From Eledone cirrhosa (lineage: Eukaryota), in the NCBI GenBank assembly GCA_964016885.1, contig OZ024764.1, forward strand, positions 13,826,001-13,890,000: a DNA stretch of 64,000 nucleotides. Direction: 5' to 3'. Below the pieces are notes generated by a model. It was not told the origin of the DNA and did no database searches. It was given only the letters and a program-made list of their open reading frames with translations. Position 1 is the stretch's first letter. The number at the start of each line of letters is the position of its first letter. The translations under genes and the position numbers were made by a program. Shown one piece after another: positions 11,690-25,388 of the stretch.

Positions 11690-11968
11690 CGCCATCGAGG
11701 CCGAAACAAACGAGATCGTGTAGGTGTCACGACAAAAAAACACACAGTCCACGCTGTAATGTGGCCGTGTAGGCAACACGGTAAAAACCTCCCAGACCCC
11801 CACTGTAAATGTGGTTGGTGTTAGGAAGGGCATCCAACTGTAGAAAACCTGCCAGACAGTCCTATGCGAGCAAGACAATCACCCTTGCCTCAAGTGGGAC
11901 TACCCCCGTCCAAACCCATGCAAGCGTGGAACACGGACGTTAAACGTTGATGATGATGATGATGATGA
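11690..11968 (+). mobile_element. SINE subfamily B, 3' half
   Basis: Shares TTGGTGTTAGGAAGGGCATCCA with family A but has a different tail (CCCATGCAAGCGTGGAACACGGACGTTAAACG + (TGA)n). Copies at 12135-12298 (-) and 42296-42718 (-, internally repeated). Confidence 0.7.
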
Positions 11969-12083
11969 TATAAGAAAAAATCAGGATCTTGACGGCTGAG
12001 CTTTTTCTATTACCCACTCTACTCTAAGTATTGAGTACTCTGGTACATTTTGGTCCACCTGCTATCTTACTACACCCTCTTTG

Positions 12084-12123
<40 letters not shown>

Positions 12124-12534
12124 ATATATATATATCATCATCATCATCGTTTAACGTCCATCTTCCACGCTAGCATGGGTTAGACGGGAGTTGTCCCACT
12201 TGAGGCAAGATTGGTCGGACGACCATGTCTCGCTCGTATAGGACTGTCTGGCAAGTTTTCTACGGCTGGAGGCCCTTCCTAACACCAACCACATTTACAA
12301 AATATATATACGTAAAAGGTAAACAGAAATAACAACACAATCGGTACAGTATATGGAAGGAATATATTAGTTTAATGCTTGAAAAAGCAAGGAGAGGGTC
12401 TTATAAGCTAGTGGTGTACATTGATTGGTAATATGCCATACAGTTGCTCCACTCATGTCACAAATTCTACACTTTAACACAACAGATTTCTATTTAATGT
12501 ATTTAATGTATTTTGTATTCTGAATTCTGAATTC

Positions 12535-12853
12535 AATGGTTAGAGCATTGGCCTTGCAATCGAAAGGTTGTGAGTTCAATTCTCAGACCGGGTGATGTGT
12601 TGTTTCCTTGAGCAAGACACTTTATTTCACATTGCTCCAGTTTACTCAGCTGTAGAAATGAGTTGATAGGGACTGGGGTCCCTATCATTCCATTGCAAAG
12701 TGGTCGTGGAGGTGCCACGGCAAAAAAGCACCCAGCACTCACTGTAAATGAGGTTGGTGTTAGGAAGGGCATCCAGCTGTAGAAATCAAGCCAGAATCAG
12801 TTCCCGTCCCACCCTTGCAAGCAGGGAAAAGCGGACGTATGATGATGATGATG
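12535..12853 (+). mobile_element. SINE family A, near full length
   Basis: Match to 32229-32567. Confidence 0.88.
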
Positions 12854-12984
12854 CTGCACACCAGGTCCGAACACAGAAGAACCGAACTCCCAACAAAGTT
12901 TTCTAAAAAAATCAAGCTGAGGCACAAGTGTATTAGAATTTATAGAATAATGAGAAAAACGCGACGCAAGGATAGCTGCCAAAA

Positions 12985-13172
12985 CAGTAAAATTCTGTCA
13001 ATGGCAGGAGACCCAGGGGTAGACCCTAAGCAAGATAGTTGGATAACATCTATGAGCTTGGCTGGTCACACTTGGGGCATCCAGCCGGATCAGTTGGAGA
13101 CGGTTGCTTCTGACAGGACCCACTAGAAGGAGTGTTTTGAGGACTCTGCCTCCACAACCCTCTCAGGAATAA
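12985..13172 (+). mobile_element. Degenerate RTE (Expander-like) 3' end
   Basis: Frameshifted GRRPRGRP...LGWSHLGIQPDQLETVASDRTH*KEC..LPPQPSQE*. Confidence 0.6.
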
Positions 13173-13174
13173 GT

Positions 13175-13636
13175 GAGTGAAGCAGAAGATGACATTGGAT
13201 TCATAAATATCTCAGAGGATGCAAAAGGCAGCAAAATTTTTTGGTGGGCACAAAAACATAACAAGAGTGAAACAAAAATATCTGTTTATAGTTCCTTTGT
13301 ATTGCCCTCTCTTCTGCACTTTTCTGAAACTTGGAGGTGTTACAAATATCACTTTAGACTCCTGGAACGATTCCATAAAAAATGCTTACAACATATTCTG
13401 AAAATAAAATGGAATTCATTCACCCCTGACTCTAATGTTCTAGTTGCATCTGGTAGTTGTTCCATCCAAGCAATAATTTTGAAAAACCAACTGCAGTAGT
13501 CTGGACATCTTGTTCGTATGGCTGACAGGTGTAGCCGTAAACTGTTTTATGGGTAATTTACTCAGGGAAAAAGAAAAGAGTAAGTCAAAGAAAAGATTTA
13601 AGGATGCATATTGAAGGAGAACTTGAAGTGCTGCAG
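13175..13636 (+). mobile_element. Degenerate RTE/BovB-like LINE, left part
   Basis: TKISVYSSFVLPSLLHFSETWRCYKYHFRLLERFHKKCLQHILKIKW...QLQ*SGHLVRM...KKRFKD...KENLK. Confidence 0.8.
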
Positions 13637-13641
13637 CATGT

Positions 13642-14045
13642 TCTCCGCCTCCAATTTAGTTGCTTCGGCCACAGACCCCGGTATCGGGGCCCACCTCGCA
13701 GAAGAACGTAGAATAAACAAACACCGAGGTTTATCCGACCGATACCTCTTAGCACCGGTTGCCGTCGAGACCTCAGGCGTACTTGGACCCCTTACAGCCG
13801 AGCTCCTCTGCAAGATCGGAGCGTCGGCCGCCCGTCTGAGGAGGGAGCCCCGCGAGGTTGGGTGGCTGTTACAGCGGGTGTCACTGGCCATCGTCCAGGA
13901 GAATGCTTTTGCCGTCTTGTCAGCGGGGTGCAACACTTCTGCCCTCTTGCCCTAGACCCAAAGCCCAATCACCCTCCCATCTCTTCTGCAACACCAGAGC
14001 TCTTGCCACCCCCTCCCATTTCCGATCTTTTTCTTCTTTCCTTCT
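13642..14045 (+). mobile_element. CRE-clade-like (restriction-like endonuclease) non-LTR retrotransposon, 3' end
   Basis: AHLAEERRINKHRGLSDRYLLAPVAVETSGVLGP...EPREVGWLLQRVSLAIVQENA resembles the P-x-A-x-ET-x-G...QR-x-S-x-AI-x-x-x-N C-terminus of CRE-type elements, followed by a stop and a pyrimidine-rich 3' UTR. Confidence 0.7.
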
Positions 14046-17000
14046 CTCCTCTTTTTTTTCTATATATCCCTATTATTTCTTTCTCTCCTCTTTTTTTTTT
14101 CTATATATCCCTATTATTTCTTTCTCTCCTCTTTTTTTTCTATATATCCCTATTATTTCTTTCTCTCCTCTTTTTTTCTATATATCCCTATTATTTCTTT
14201 CTCTCCTCTTTTTTTTTCTATATATCCCTATTATTTCTTTCTCTCCTCTTTTTTTTCTATATATCCCTATTATTTCTTTCTCTCCTCTTTTTTTTCTATA
14301 TATCCCTATTATTTCTTTCTCTCCTCTTTTTTTTCTATATATCCCTATTATTTCTTTCTCTCCTCTTTTTTTTCTATATATCCCTATTATTTCTTTCTCT
14401 CCTCTTTTTTTTCTATATATCCCTATTATTTCTTTCTCTCCTCTTTTTTTTCTATATATCCCTATTATTTCTTTCTCTCCTCTTTTTTTTCTATATATCC
14501 CTATTATTTCTTTCTCTCCTCTTTTTTTTCTATATATCCCTATTATTTCTTTCTCTCCTCTTTTTTTTCTATATATCCCTATTATTTCTTTCTCTCCTCT
14601 TTTTTTTCTATATATCCCTATTATTTCTTTCTCTCCTCTTTTTTTTCTATATATCCCTATTATTTCTTTCTCTCCTCTTTTTTTTCTATATATCCCTATT
14701 ATTTCTTTCTCTCCTCTTTTTTTTCTATATATCCCTATTATTTCTTTCTCTCCTCTTTTTTTTTCTATATATCCCTATTATTTCTTTCTCTCCTCTTTTT
14801 TTTCTATATATCCCTATTATTTCTTTCTCTCCTCTTTTTTTTCTATATATCCCTATTATTTCTTTCTCTCCTCTTTTTTTTCTATATATCCCTTTTCTTT
14901 CTTTCTCTCCTCTTTTTTTCTATATATCCCTATTATTTCTTTCTCTCCTCTTTTTTTTCTATATATCCCTATTATTTCTTTCTCTCCTCTTTTTTTTCTA
15001 TATATCCCTATTATTTCTTTCTCTCCTCTTTTTTTTCTATATATCCCTATTATTTCTTTCTCTCCTCTTTTTTTTCTATATATCCCTATTATTTCTTTCT
15101 CTCCTCTTTTTTTTCTATATATCCCTATTATTTCTTTCTCTCCTCTTTTTTTTCTATATATCCCTATTATTTCTTTCTCTCCTCTTTTTTTTCTATATAT
15201 CCCTATTATTTCTTTCTCTCCTCTTTTTTTTCTATATATCCCTATTATTTCTTTCTCTCCTCTTTTTTTTCTATATATCCCTATTATTTCTTTCTCTCCT
15301 CTTTTTTTTCTATATATCCCTATTATTTCTTTCTCTCCTCTTTTTTTTCTATATATCCCTATTATTTCTTTCTCTCCTCTTTTTTTTCTATATATCCCTA
15401 TTATTTCTTTCTCTCCTCTTTTTTTTTCTATATATCCCTATTATTTCTTTCTCTCCTCTTTTTTTTCTATATATCCCTATTATTTCTTTCTCTCCTCTTT
15501 TTTTTCTATATATCCCTATTATTTCTTTCTCTCCTCTTTTTTTTCTATATATCCCTATTATTTCTTTCTCTCCTCTTTTTTTTCTATATATCCCTATTAT
15601 TTCTTTCTCTCCTCTTTTTTTTCTATATATCCCTATTATTTCTTTCTCTCCTCTTTTTTTTCTATATATCCCTATTATTTCTTTCTCTCCTCTTTTTTTT
15701 CTATATATCCCTATTATTTCTTTCTCTCCTCTTTTTTTTTCTATATATCCCTATTATTTCTTTCTCTCCTCTTTTTTTTCTATATATCCCTATTATTTCT
15801 TTCTCTCCTCTTTTTTTTCTATATATCCCTATTATTTCTTTCTCTCCTCTTTTTTTTCTATATATCCCTATTATTTCTTTCTCTCCTCTTTTTTTTCTAT
15901 ATATCCCTATTATTTCTTTCTCTCCTCTTTTTTTTTCTATATATCCCTATTATTTCTTTCTCTCCTCTTTTTTTTTCTATATATCCCTATTATTTCTTTC
16001 TCTCCTCTTTTTTTTCTATATATCCCTATTATTTCTTTCTCTCCTCTTTTTTTTCTATATATCCCTATTATTTCTTTCTCTCCTCTTTTTTTTCTATATA
16101 TCCCTATTATTTCTTTCTCTCCTCTTTTTTTTCTATATATCCCTATTATTTCTTTCTCTCCTCTTTTTTTTCTATATATCCCTATTATTTCTTTCTCTCC
16201 TCTTTTTTTTCTATATATCCCTATTATTTCTTTCTCTCCTCTTTTTTTTCTATATATCCCTTTTCTTTCTTTCTCTCCTCTTTTTTTCTATATATCCCTT
16301 TCTTTCTTTCTCTCCTCTTTTTTTTCTATATATCCCTATTATTTCTTTCTCTCCTCTTTTTTTTCTATATATCCCTATTATTTCTTTCTCTCCTCTTTTT
16401 TTTCTATATATCCCTATTATTTCTTTCTCTCCTCTTTTTTTTCTATATATCCCTTTTCTTTCTTTCTCTCCTCTTTTTTTTCTATATATCCCTATTATTT
16501 CTTTCTTTCTTCCTCTTTTTTTTCTATATATCCCTATTATTTCTTTCTCTCCTCTTTTTTTTCTATATATCCCTATTATTTCTTTCTCTCCTCTTTTTTT
16601 TCTATATATCCCTTTTCTTTCTTTCTCTCCTCTTTTTTTTTCTATATATCCCTATTATTTCTTTCTCTCCTCTTTTTTTTCTATATATCCCTATTATTTC
16701 TTTCTCTCCTCTTTTTTTTCTATATATCCCTATTATTTCTTTCTCTCCTCTTTTTTTTCTATATATCCCTTTTCTTTCTTTCTCTCCTCTTTTTTTTCTA
16801 TATATCCCTATTATTTCTTTCCTTTCTTTCCTCTTTTTTTTCTATATATCCCTATTATTTCTTTCTCTCCTCTTTTTTTTCTATATATCCCTATTATTTC
16901 TTTCTCTCCTCTTTTTTTTCTATATATCCCTATTATTTCTTTCTCTCCTCTTTTTTTTCTATATATCCCTATTATTTCTTTCTCTCCTCTTTTTTTTCTA

Positions 17001-20000
17001 TATATCCCTATTATTTCTTTCTCTCCTCTTTTTTTTCTATATATCCCTATTATTTCTTTCTCTCCTCTTTTTTTCTATATATCCCTTTTCTTTCTTTCTC
17101 TCCTCTTTTTTTTCTATATATCCCTATTATTTCTTTCCTTTTCTTCCTCTTTTTTTTCTATATATCCCTATTATTTCTTTCTCTCCTCTTTTTTTTCTAT
17201 ATATCCCTATTATTTCTTTCTCTCCTCTTTTTTTTCTATATATCCCTTTTCTTTCTTTCTCTCCTCTTTTTTTTCTATATATCCCTATTATTTCTTTCTC
17301 TCCTCTTTTTTTTCTATATATCCCTATTATTTCTTTCTCTCCTCTTTTTTTTCTATATATCCCTATTATTTCTTTCTCTCCTCTTTTTTTTCTATATATC
17401 CCTATTATTTCTTTCTCTCCTCTTTTTTTTCTATATATCCCTATTATTTCTTTCTCTCCTCTTTTTTTTCTATATATCCCTATTATTTCTTTCTCTCCTC
17501 TTTTTTTTCTATATATCCCTATTATTTCTTTCTCTCCTCTTTTTTTTCTATATATCCCTATTATTTCTTTCTCTCCTCTTTTTTTCTATATATCCCTATT
17601 ATTTCTTTCTCTCCTCTTTTTTTTCTATATATCCCTTTTCTTTCTTTCTCTCCTCTTTTTTTTCTATATATCCCTATTATTTCTTTCTCTCCTCTTTTTT
17701 TTCTATATATCCCTATTATTTCTTTCTCTCCTCTTTTTTTTCTATATATCCCTATTATTTCTTTCTCTCCTCTTTTTTTTCTATATATCCCTATTATTTC
17801 TTTCTCTCCTCTTTTTTTTCTATATATCCCTATTATTTCTTTCTCTCCTCTTTTTTTCTATATATCCCTTTTCTTTCTTTCTCTCCTCTTTTTTTTCTAT
17901 ATATCCCTATTATTTCTTTCTCTCCTCTTTTTTTTCTATATATCCCTATTATTTCTTTCTCTCCTCTTTTTTTTCTATATATCCCTATTATTTCTTTCTC
18001 TCCTCTTTTTTTTCTATATATCCCTATTATTTCTTTCTCTCCTCTTTTTTTTCTATATATCCCTATTATTTCTTTCTCTCCTCTTTTTTTCTATATATCC
18101 CTATTATTTCTTTCTCTCCTCTTTTTTTCTATATATCCCTATTATTTCTTTCTCTCCTCTTTTTTTTCTATATATCCCTATTATTTCTTTCTCTCCTCTT
18201 TTTTTTCTATATATCCCTATTATTTCTTTCTCTCCTCTTTTTTTTCTATATATCCCTATTATTTCTTTCTCTCCTCTTTTTTTTCTATATATCCATATTA
18301 TTTCTTTCTCTCCTCTTTTTTTCTATATATCCCTATTATTTCTTTCTCTCCTCTTTTTTTTCTATATATCCCTATTATTTCTTTCTCTCCTCTTTTTTTT
18401 CTATATATCCCTATTATTTCTTTCTCTCCTCTTTTTTTTCTATATATCCCTTTTCTTTCTTTCTCTCCTCTTTTTTTCTATATATCCCTATTATTTCTTT
18501 CTCTCCTCTTTTTTTTCTATATATCCCTATTATTTCTTTCTCTCCTCTTTTTTTTCTATATATCCCTATTATTTCTTTCTCTCCTCTTTTTTTTCTATAT
18601 ATCCCTATTATTCTTTCTCTCCTCTTTTTTTTCTATATATCCCTATTATTTCTTTCTCTCCTCTTTTTTTTCTATATATCCCTATTATTTCTTTCTCTCC
18701 TCTTTTTTTCTATATATCCCTTTTCTTTCTTTCTCTCCTCTTTTTTTTCTATATATCCCTATTATTTCTTTCTCTCCTCTTTTTTTTCTATATATCCCTA
18801 TTATTTCTTTCTCTCCTCTTTTTTTTCTATATATCCCTATTATTTCTTTCTCTCCTCTTTTTTTTCTATATATCCCTATTATTTCTTTCTCTCCTCTTTT
18901 TTTTCTATATATCCCTATTATTTCTTTCTCTCCTCTTTTTTTTCTATATATCCCTATTATTTCTTTCTCTCCTCTTTTTTTTCTATATATCCCTATTATT
19001 TCTTTCTCTCCTCTTTTTTTTCTATATATCCCTATTATTTCTTTCTCTCCTCTTTTTTTTCTATATATCCCTTTCTTTCTTTCTCTCCTCTTTTTTTTCT
19101 ATATATCCCTATTATTTCTTTCTCTCCTCTTTTTTTTCTATATATCCCTATTATTTCTTTCTCTCCTCTTTTTTTTCTATATATCCCTATTATTTCTTTC
19201 TCTCCTCTTTTTTTTCTATATATCCCTATTATTTCTTTCTCTCCTCTTTTTTTTCTATATATCCCTATTATTTCTTTCTCTCCTCTTTTTTTTCTATATA
19301 TCCCTATTATTTCTTTCTCTCCTCTTTTTTTTCTATATATCCCTTTTCTTTCTTTCTCTCCTCTTTTTTTTCTATATATCCCTATTATTTCTTTCTCTCC
19401 TCTTTTTTTCTATATATCCCTTTTCTTTCTTTCTCTCCTCTTTTTTTTCTATATATCCCTATTATTTCTTTCTCTCCTCTTTTTTTTCTATATATCCCTA
19501 TTATTTCTTTCTCTCCTCTTTTTTTTCTATATATCCCTTTTCTTTCTTTCTCTCCTCTTTTTTTTCTATATATCCCTATTATTTCTTTCTCTCCTCTTTT
19601 TTTTCTATATATCCCTTTTCTTTCTTTCTCTCCTCTTTTTTTTCTTATATCCCTATTATTTCTTTCTCTCCTCTTTTTTTTCTATATATCCCTATTATTT
19701 CTTTCTCTCCTCTTTTTTTTCTATATATCCCTTTTCTTTCTTTCTCTCCTCTTTTTTTTCTATATATCCCTATTATTTCTTTCTCTCCTCTTTTTTTTCT
19801 ATATATCCCTATTATTTCTTTCTCTCCTCTTTTTTTTCTATATATCCCTTTTATTTCTTTCTCTCCTCTTTTTTTTCTATATATCCCTATTATTTCTTTC
19901 TCTCCTCTTTTTTTTCTATATATCCCTTTTCTTTCTTTCTCTCCTCTTTTTTTTCTATATATCCCTATTATTTCTTTCTCTCCTCTTTTTTTTCTATATA

Positions 20001-23000
20001 TCCCTATTATTTCTTTCTCTCCTCTTTTTTTTCTATATATCCCTTTTCTTTCTTTCTCTCCTCTTTTTTTTCTATATATCCCTATTATTTCTTTCTCTCC
20101 TCTTTTTTTTCTATATATCCCTTTTCTTTCTTTCTCTCCTCTTTTTTTTCTATATATCCCTATTATTTCTTTCTCTCCTCTTTTTTTTCTATATATCCCT
20201 ATTATTTCTTTCTCTCCTCTTTTTTTTCTATATATCCCTTTTCTTTCTTTCTCTCCTCTTTTTTTTCTATATATCCCTATTATTTCTTTCTCTCCTCTTT
20301 TTTTTCTATATATCCCTATTATTTCTTTCTCTCCTCTTTTTTTTCTATATATCCCTTTTCTTTCTTTCTCTCCTCTTTTTTTTCTATATATCCCTATTAT
20401 TTCTTTCTCTCCTCTTTTTTTTCTATATATCCCTTTTCTTTCTTTCTCTCCTCTTTTTTTTCTATATATCCCTATTATTTCTTTCTCTCCTCTTTTTTTT
20501 CTATATATCCCTATTATTTCTTTCTCTCCTCTTTTTTTTCTATATATCCCTATTATTTCTTTCTCTCCTCTTTTTTTTCTATATATCCCTATTATTTCTT
20601 TCTCTCCTCTTTTTTTTCTATATATCCCTATTATTTCTTTCTCTCCTCTTTTTTTTCTATATATCCCTTTTCTTTCTTTCTCTCCTCTTTTTTTTCTATA
20701 TATCCCTATTATTTCTTTCTCTCCTCTTTTTTTTCTATATATCCCTATTATTTCTTTCTCTCCTCTTTTTTTTCTATATATCCCTTTTCTTTCTTTCTCT
20801 CCTCTTTTTTTTCTATATATCCCTATTATTTCTTTCTCTCCTCTTTTTTTTCTATATATCCCTATTATTTCTTTCTCTCCTCTTTTTTTTCTATATATCC
20901 CTTTTCTTTCTTTCTCTCCTCTTTTTTTTCTATATATCCCTATTATTTCTTTCTCTCCTCTTTTTTTTCTATATATCCCTTTTCTTTCTTTCTCTCCTCT
21001 TTTTTTTCTATATATCCCTATTATTTCTTTCTCTCCTCTTTTTTTCTATATATCCCTATTATTTCTTTCTCTCCTCTTTTTTTTCTATATATCCCTTTTC
21101 TTTCTTTCTCTCCTCTTTTTTTTCTATATATCCCTATTATTTCTTTCTCTCCTCTTTTTTTTCTATATATCCCTATTATTTCTTTCTCTCCTCTTTTTTT
21201 TCTATATATCCCTATTATTTCTTTCTCTCCTCTTTTTTTTCTATATATCCCTTTTCTTTCTTTCTCTCCTCTTTTTTTTCTATATATCCCTATTATTTCT
21301 TTCTCTCCTCTTTTTTTTCTATATATCCCTATTATTTCTTTCTCTCCTCTTTTTTTTCTATATATCCCTATTATTTCTTTCTCTCCTCTTTTTTTTCTAT
21401 ATATCCCTTTTCTTTCTTTCTCTCCTCTTTTTTTTCTATATTTCCCTATTATTTCTTTCTCTCCTCTTTTTTTTCTATATATCCCTTTTCTTTCTTTCTC
21501 TCCTCTTTTTTTTCTATATATCCCTATTATTTCTTTCTCTCCTCTTTTTTTTTCTATATATCCCTTTTCTTTCTTTCTCTCCTCTTTTTTTTCTATATAT
21601 CCCTATTATTTCTTTCTCTCCTCTTTTTTTTCTATATATCCCTTTTCTTTCTTTCTCTCCTCTTTTTTTTCTATATATCCCTATTATTTCTTTCTCTCCT
21701 CTTTTTTTTCTATATATCCCTATTATTTCTTTCTCTCCTCTTTTTTTTCTATATATCCCTTTTCTTTCTTTCTCTCCTCTTTTTTTTCTATATATCCCTA
21801 TTATTTCTTTCTCTCCTCTTTTTTTTCTATATATCCCTATTATTTCTTTCTCTCCTCTTTTTTTTCTATATATCCCTATTATTTCTTTCTCTCCTCTTTT
21901 TTTTCTATATATCCCTATTATTTCTTTCTCTCCTCTTTTTTTTCTATATATCCCTTTTCTTTCTTTCTCTCCTCTTTTTTTTCTATATATCCCTATTATT
22001 TCTTTCTCTCCTCTTTTTTTTCTATATATCCCTATTATTTCTTTCTCTCCTCTTTTTTTTCTATATATCCCTATTATTTCTTTCTCTCCTCTTTTTTTTC
22101 TATATATCCCTATTATTTCTTTCTCTCCTCTTTTTTTTCTATATATCCCTTTTCTTTCTTTCTCTCCTCTTTTTTTTCTATATATCCCTATTATTTCTTT
22201 CTCTCCTCTTTTTTTTCTATATATCCCTATTATTTCTTTCTCTCCTCTTTTTTTTCTATATATCCCTATTATTTCTTTCTCTCCTCTTTTTTTTCTATAT
22301 ATCCCTATTATTTCTTTCTCTCCTCTTTTTTTCTATATATCCCTATTATTTCTTTCTCTCCTCTTTTTTTCTATATATCCCTATTATTTCTTTCTCTCCT
22401 CTTTTTTTCTATATATCCCTATTATTTCTTTCTCTCCTCTTTTTTTTCTATATATCCCTATTATTTCCTTCTCTCCTCTTTTTTTTTCTATATATCCCTA
22501 TTATTTCTTTCTCTCCTCTTTTTTTTTCTATATATCCCTATTATTTCTTTCTCTCCTCTTTTTTTTCTATATATCCCTATTATTTCTTTCTCTCCTCTTT
22601 TTTTTCTATATATCCCTATTATTTCTTTCTCTCCTCTTTTTTTTCTATATATCCCTATTATTTCTTTCTCTCCTCTTTTTTTTCTATATATCCCTATTAT
22701 TTCTTTCTCTCCTCTTTTTTTTCTATATATCCCTATTATTTCTTTCTCTCCTCTTTTTTTTCTATATATCCCTATTATTTCTTTCTCTCCTCTTTTTTTT
22801 CTATATATCCCTATTATTTCTTTCTCTCCTCTTTTTTTTCTATATATCCCTATTATTTCTTTCTCTCCTCTTTTTTTTCTATATATCCCTATTATTTCTT
22901 TCTCTCCTCTTTTTTTTCTATATATCCCTATTATTTCTTTCTCTCCTCTTTTTTTTCTATATATCCCTATTATTTCTTTCTCTCCTCTTTTTTTTCTATA

Positions 23001-23575
23001 TATCCCTATTATTTCCTTCTCTCCTCTTTTTTTTCTATATATCCCTATTATTTCTTTCTCTCCTCTTTTTTTTCTATATATCCCTATTATTTCTTTCTCT
23101 CCTCTTTTTTTTCTATATATCCCTATTATTTCTTTCTCTCCTCTTTTTTTTTCTATATATCCCTATTATTTCTTTCTCTCCTCTTTTTTTTTTCTATATA
23201 TCCCTATTATTTCTTTCTCTCCTCTTTTTTTTTCTATATATCCCTATTATTTCTTTCTCTCCTCTTTTTTTCTATATATCCCTTTTCTTTCTTTCTCTCC
23301 TCTTTTTTTTCTATATATCCCTATTATTTCTTTCTCTCCTCTTTTTTTTCTATATATCCCTATTATTTCTTTCTCTCCTCTTTTTTTCTATATATCCCTT
23401 TTCTTTCTTTCTCTCCTCTTTTTTTTCTATATATCCCTATTATTTCTTTCTCTCCTTTTTTTTTTCTATATATCCCTATTATTTCTTTCTCTCCTCTTTT
23501 TTTTCTATATATCCCTATTATTTCTTTCTCTCCTCTTTTTTTCTATATATCCCTTTTCTTTCTTTCCTTTTGTTT
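14045..23575. repeat. 39-bp satellite, about 9.5 kb and about 245 copies, in TMX1 intron 1
   Basis: Unit CTCTCCTC-T8-CTATATATCCC-TATTATTTCTTT, with variant ...CCCTTTTCTTTCTTT. The + strand has no G. Confidence 0.98.
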
Positions 23576-23616
23576 CCTCTCCTTTTTTATTATTTCTATA
23601 TTGAAAATAAACATGT

Positions 23617-24050
23617 ATAGTTTATGTAGGAATTGGTCCCAGAAACCTGGAAAGTCTCACAAAGGATTGCCCTGCCTGGCATTAAACAATATGGGATGGT
23701 GTGAAAACCTTTAAGCATAACAGGCATTGTAAGTAAATGCTAAGAGAAATATAAAAAAAAACCAGCCAGCAAGAGAATATTAAATTAATGGAACTTTTCC
23801 TACTTGTACAGTTTGTAACAAAATCTGATGTCTCAGGCTGGACTTCAATCTTACCTAAGAGCACACAATAGGACACTCCCTAGTGATTATAGAACATACA
23901 AACCAGTTAACCCTTATCAACGCCACATATGCTACACGATCTGCAAATCTCAAGGAGGTCTAAAGAGTCATGTCAAGGTTCACCAATACAGGCAGTTCAA
24001 GCTGCATCAGAAGTATGCCTGGCTTAAAAAGCCACATAAGATGTCATGCT
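23617..24050 (+). mobile_element. RTE/BovB-like LINE, right part
   Basis: GIGPRNLESLTKDCPAWH*TIWDGVKTF continues the 13175-13636 fragment; C2H2-like HICYTICKSQGGLKSHVKVH near the end. Confidence 0.7.
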
Positions 24051-24194
24051 AGACCTGAACATTGTGTATGCTGGAGTAGTCAAGACCTGTATTGAGCAGA
24101 CAATCAGTATCATCATCATCATCTTTGTTTAACGTCCATTTTCCACGCTAGCATGGGTTAGACAGTATATTCATTCATTCATTTTTTTCATTCA

Positions 24195-24748
24195 TAATTT
24201 TACGTCCGCTTTTCCCTGCTTGCAAGGGTGGGACAGGAACTGATTCTGGCTTGATTTCTACAGCTGGATGCCCTTCCTAACACCAACCTCATTTACAGTG
24301 AGTCCTGGGTGCTTTTTATTGTGACACCTACATGATCACTTTACAGTGTGGACTGGGTACTTTTTGTTGTGACACCTACATGACCACTTTACAGTGTGGA
24401 CTGGGTACTTTTTGTCGTGATACCTACATGACCACTTTACAGTGTGCTTTTTGTTGTGACACCTACATGACCACTTTAGAGTGTGGACTGGGTGCTTTTT
24501 GTTGACACCTACATGACTACTTTACAGTGTGGACTGGGTACTTTTTGTTGTGACACTGACATGACCACTTTACAGTATGAACTGGGTACTTTTTGTTGAC
24601 ACCTACATGACCACTTTACAGTGTGGACTGGGTGCTTTTTGTTGTGACACCTACATGACCACTTTACAGTGTGGACTGGGTGCTTTTTGTTGTGACACCT
24701 ACATGACCACTTTACAGTGTGGACTGGGTACTTTTTGTCGTGACACTT
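24195..24748 (-). repeat. SINE A 3' end with a ~48-bp internal segment amplified about 9 times
   Basis: Unit gtgacacctacatgaccactttacagtgtggactgggtgctttttgtt is continuous with SINE sequence. Confidence 0.85.
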
Positions 24749-24761
24749 TATATATATATAT

Positions 24762-25388
24762 ATCATCATCATCATTTTACATCCACTTTTCCCTGCTTGC
24801 AAGGGTTGTACGGGTCCTATTCAGCACAGCATCTCTCCACTTGTCACGGTCCTTCGTCATCTCCTCGGTGAGTATCAGCGATCTGAGGTCTGCTCTCACC
24901 ACCTCTGCCCATGTTTTTCGTGGTCTTCCTCTACTGCGTCTTCCTTCCACTGGGATAGACTCTCCCCAACACAGCATCTCTCCACTTGTCACGGCCCTTC
25001 GTCATCTCCTCCGCGAGTTTCAGCGATCTGAGGTCTGCTCTCACCACCTCTGCCCATGTTTTTCGTGGTCTTCCTCTACTGCGTCTTCCTTCCACTGGGA
25101 TAGACTCTCCCCAACACAGCATCTCTCCACTTGTCACGGCCCTTCGTCATCTCCTCCGCGAGTTTCAGCGATCTGAGGTCTGCTCTCACCACCTCTGCCC
25201 ATGTTTTTCGTGGTCTTCCTCTACTGCGTCTTCCTTCCACTGGGATAGACTCTCCCCAACACAGCATCTCTCCACTTGTCACGGCCCTTCGTCATCTCCT
25301 CCGCGAGTTTCAGCGATCTGAGGTCTGCTCTCACCACCTCCGACCATGTTTTTCGTGGTCTACCTCTACTACGTCTTCCTTCTACTGA
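24762..25388 (-). mobile_element. RTE 3' end with a 145-bp segment repeated about 4 times
   Basis: PVEGRRSRGRPRKTWAEVVRADLRSL recurs at 145-bp spacing. Confidence 0.88.

Noticed and set aside
13858-23620. Two ORFs of about 3250 aa
   Set aside because: Artefacts of the 39-bp satellite: with no G and no TAA on the + strand, no stop codon can occur in any frame.
23828-24052. Host C2H2 zinc-finger gene
   Set aside because: Contiguous with a decayed RTE ORF containing stops, so better explained as the LINE C-terminus.
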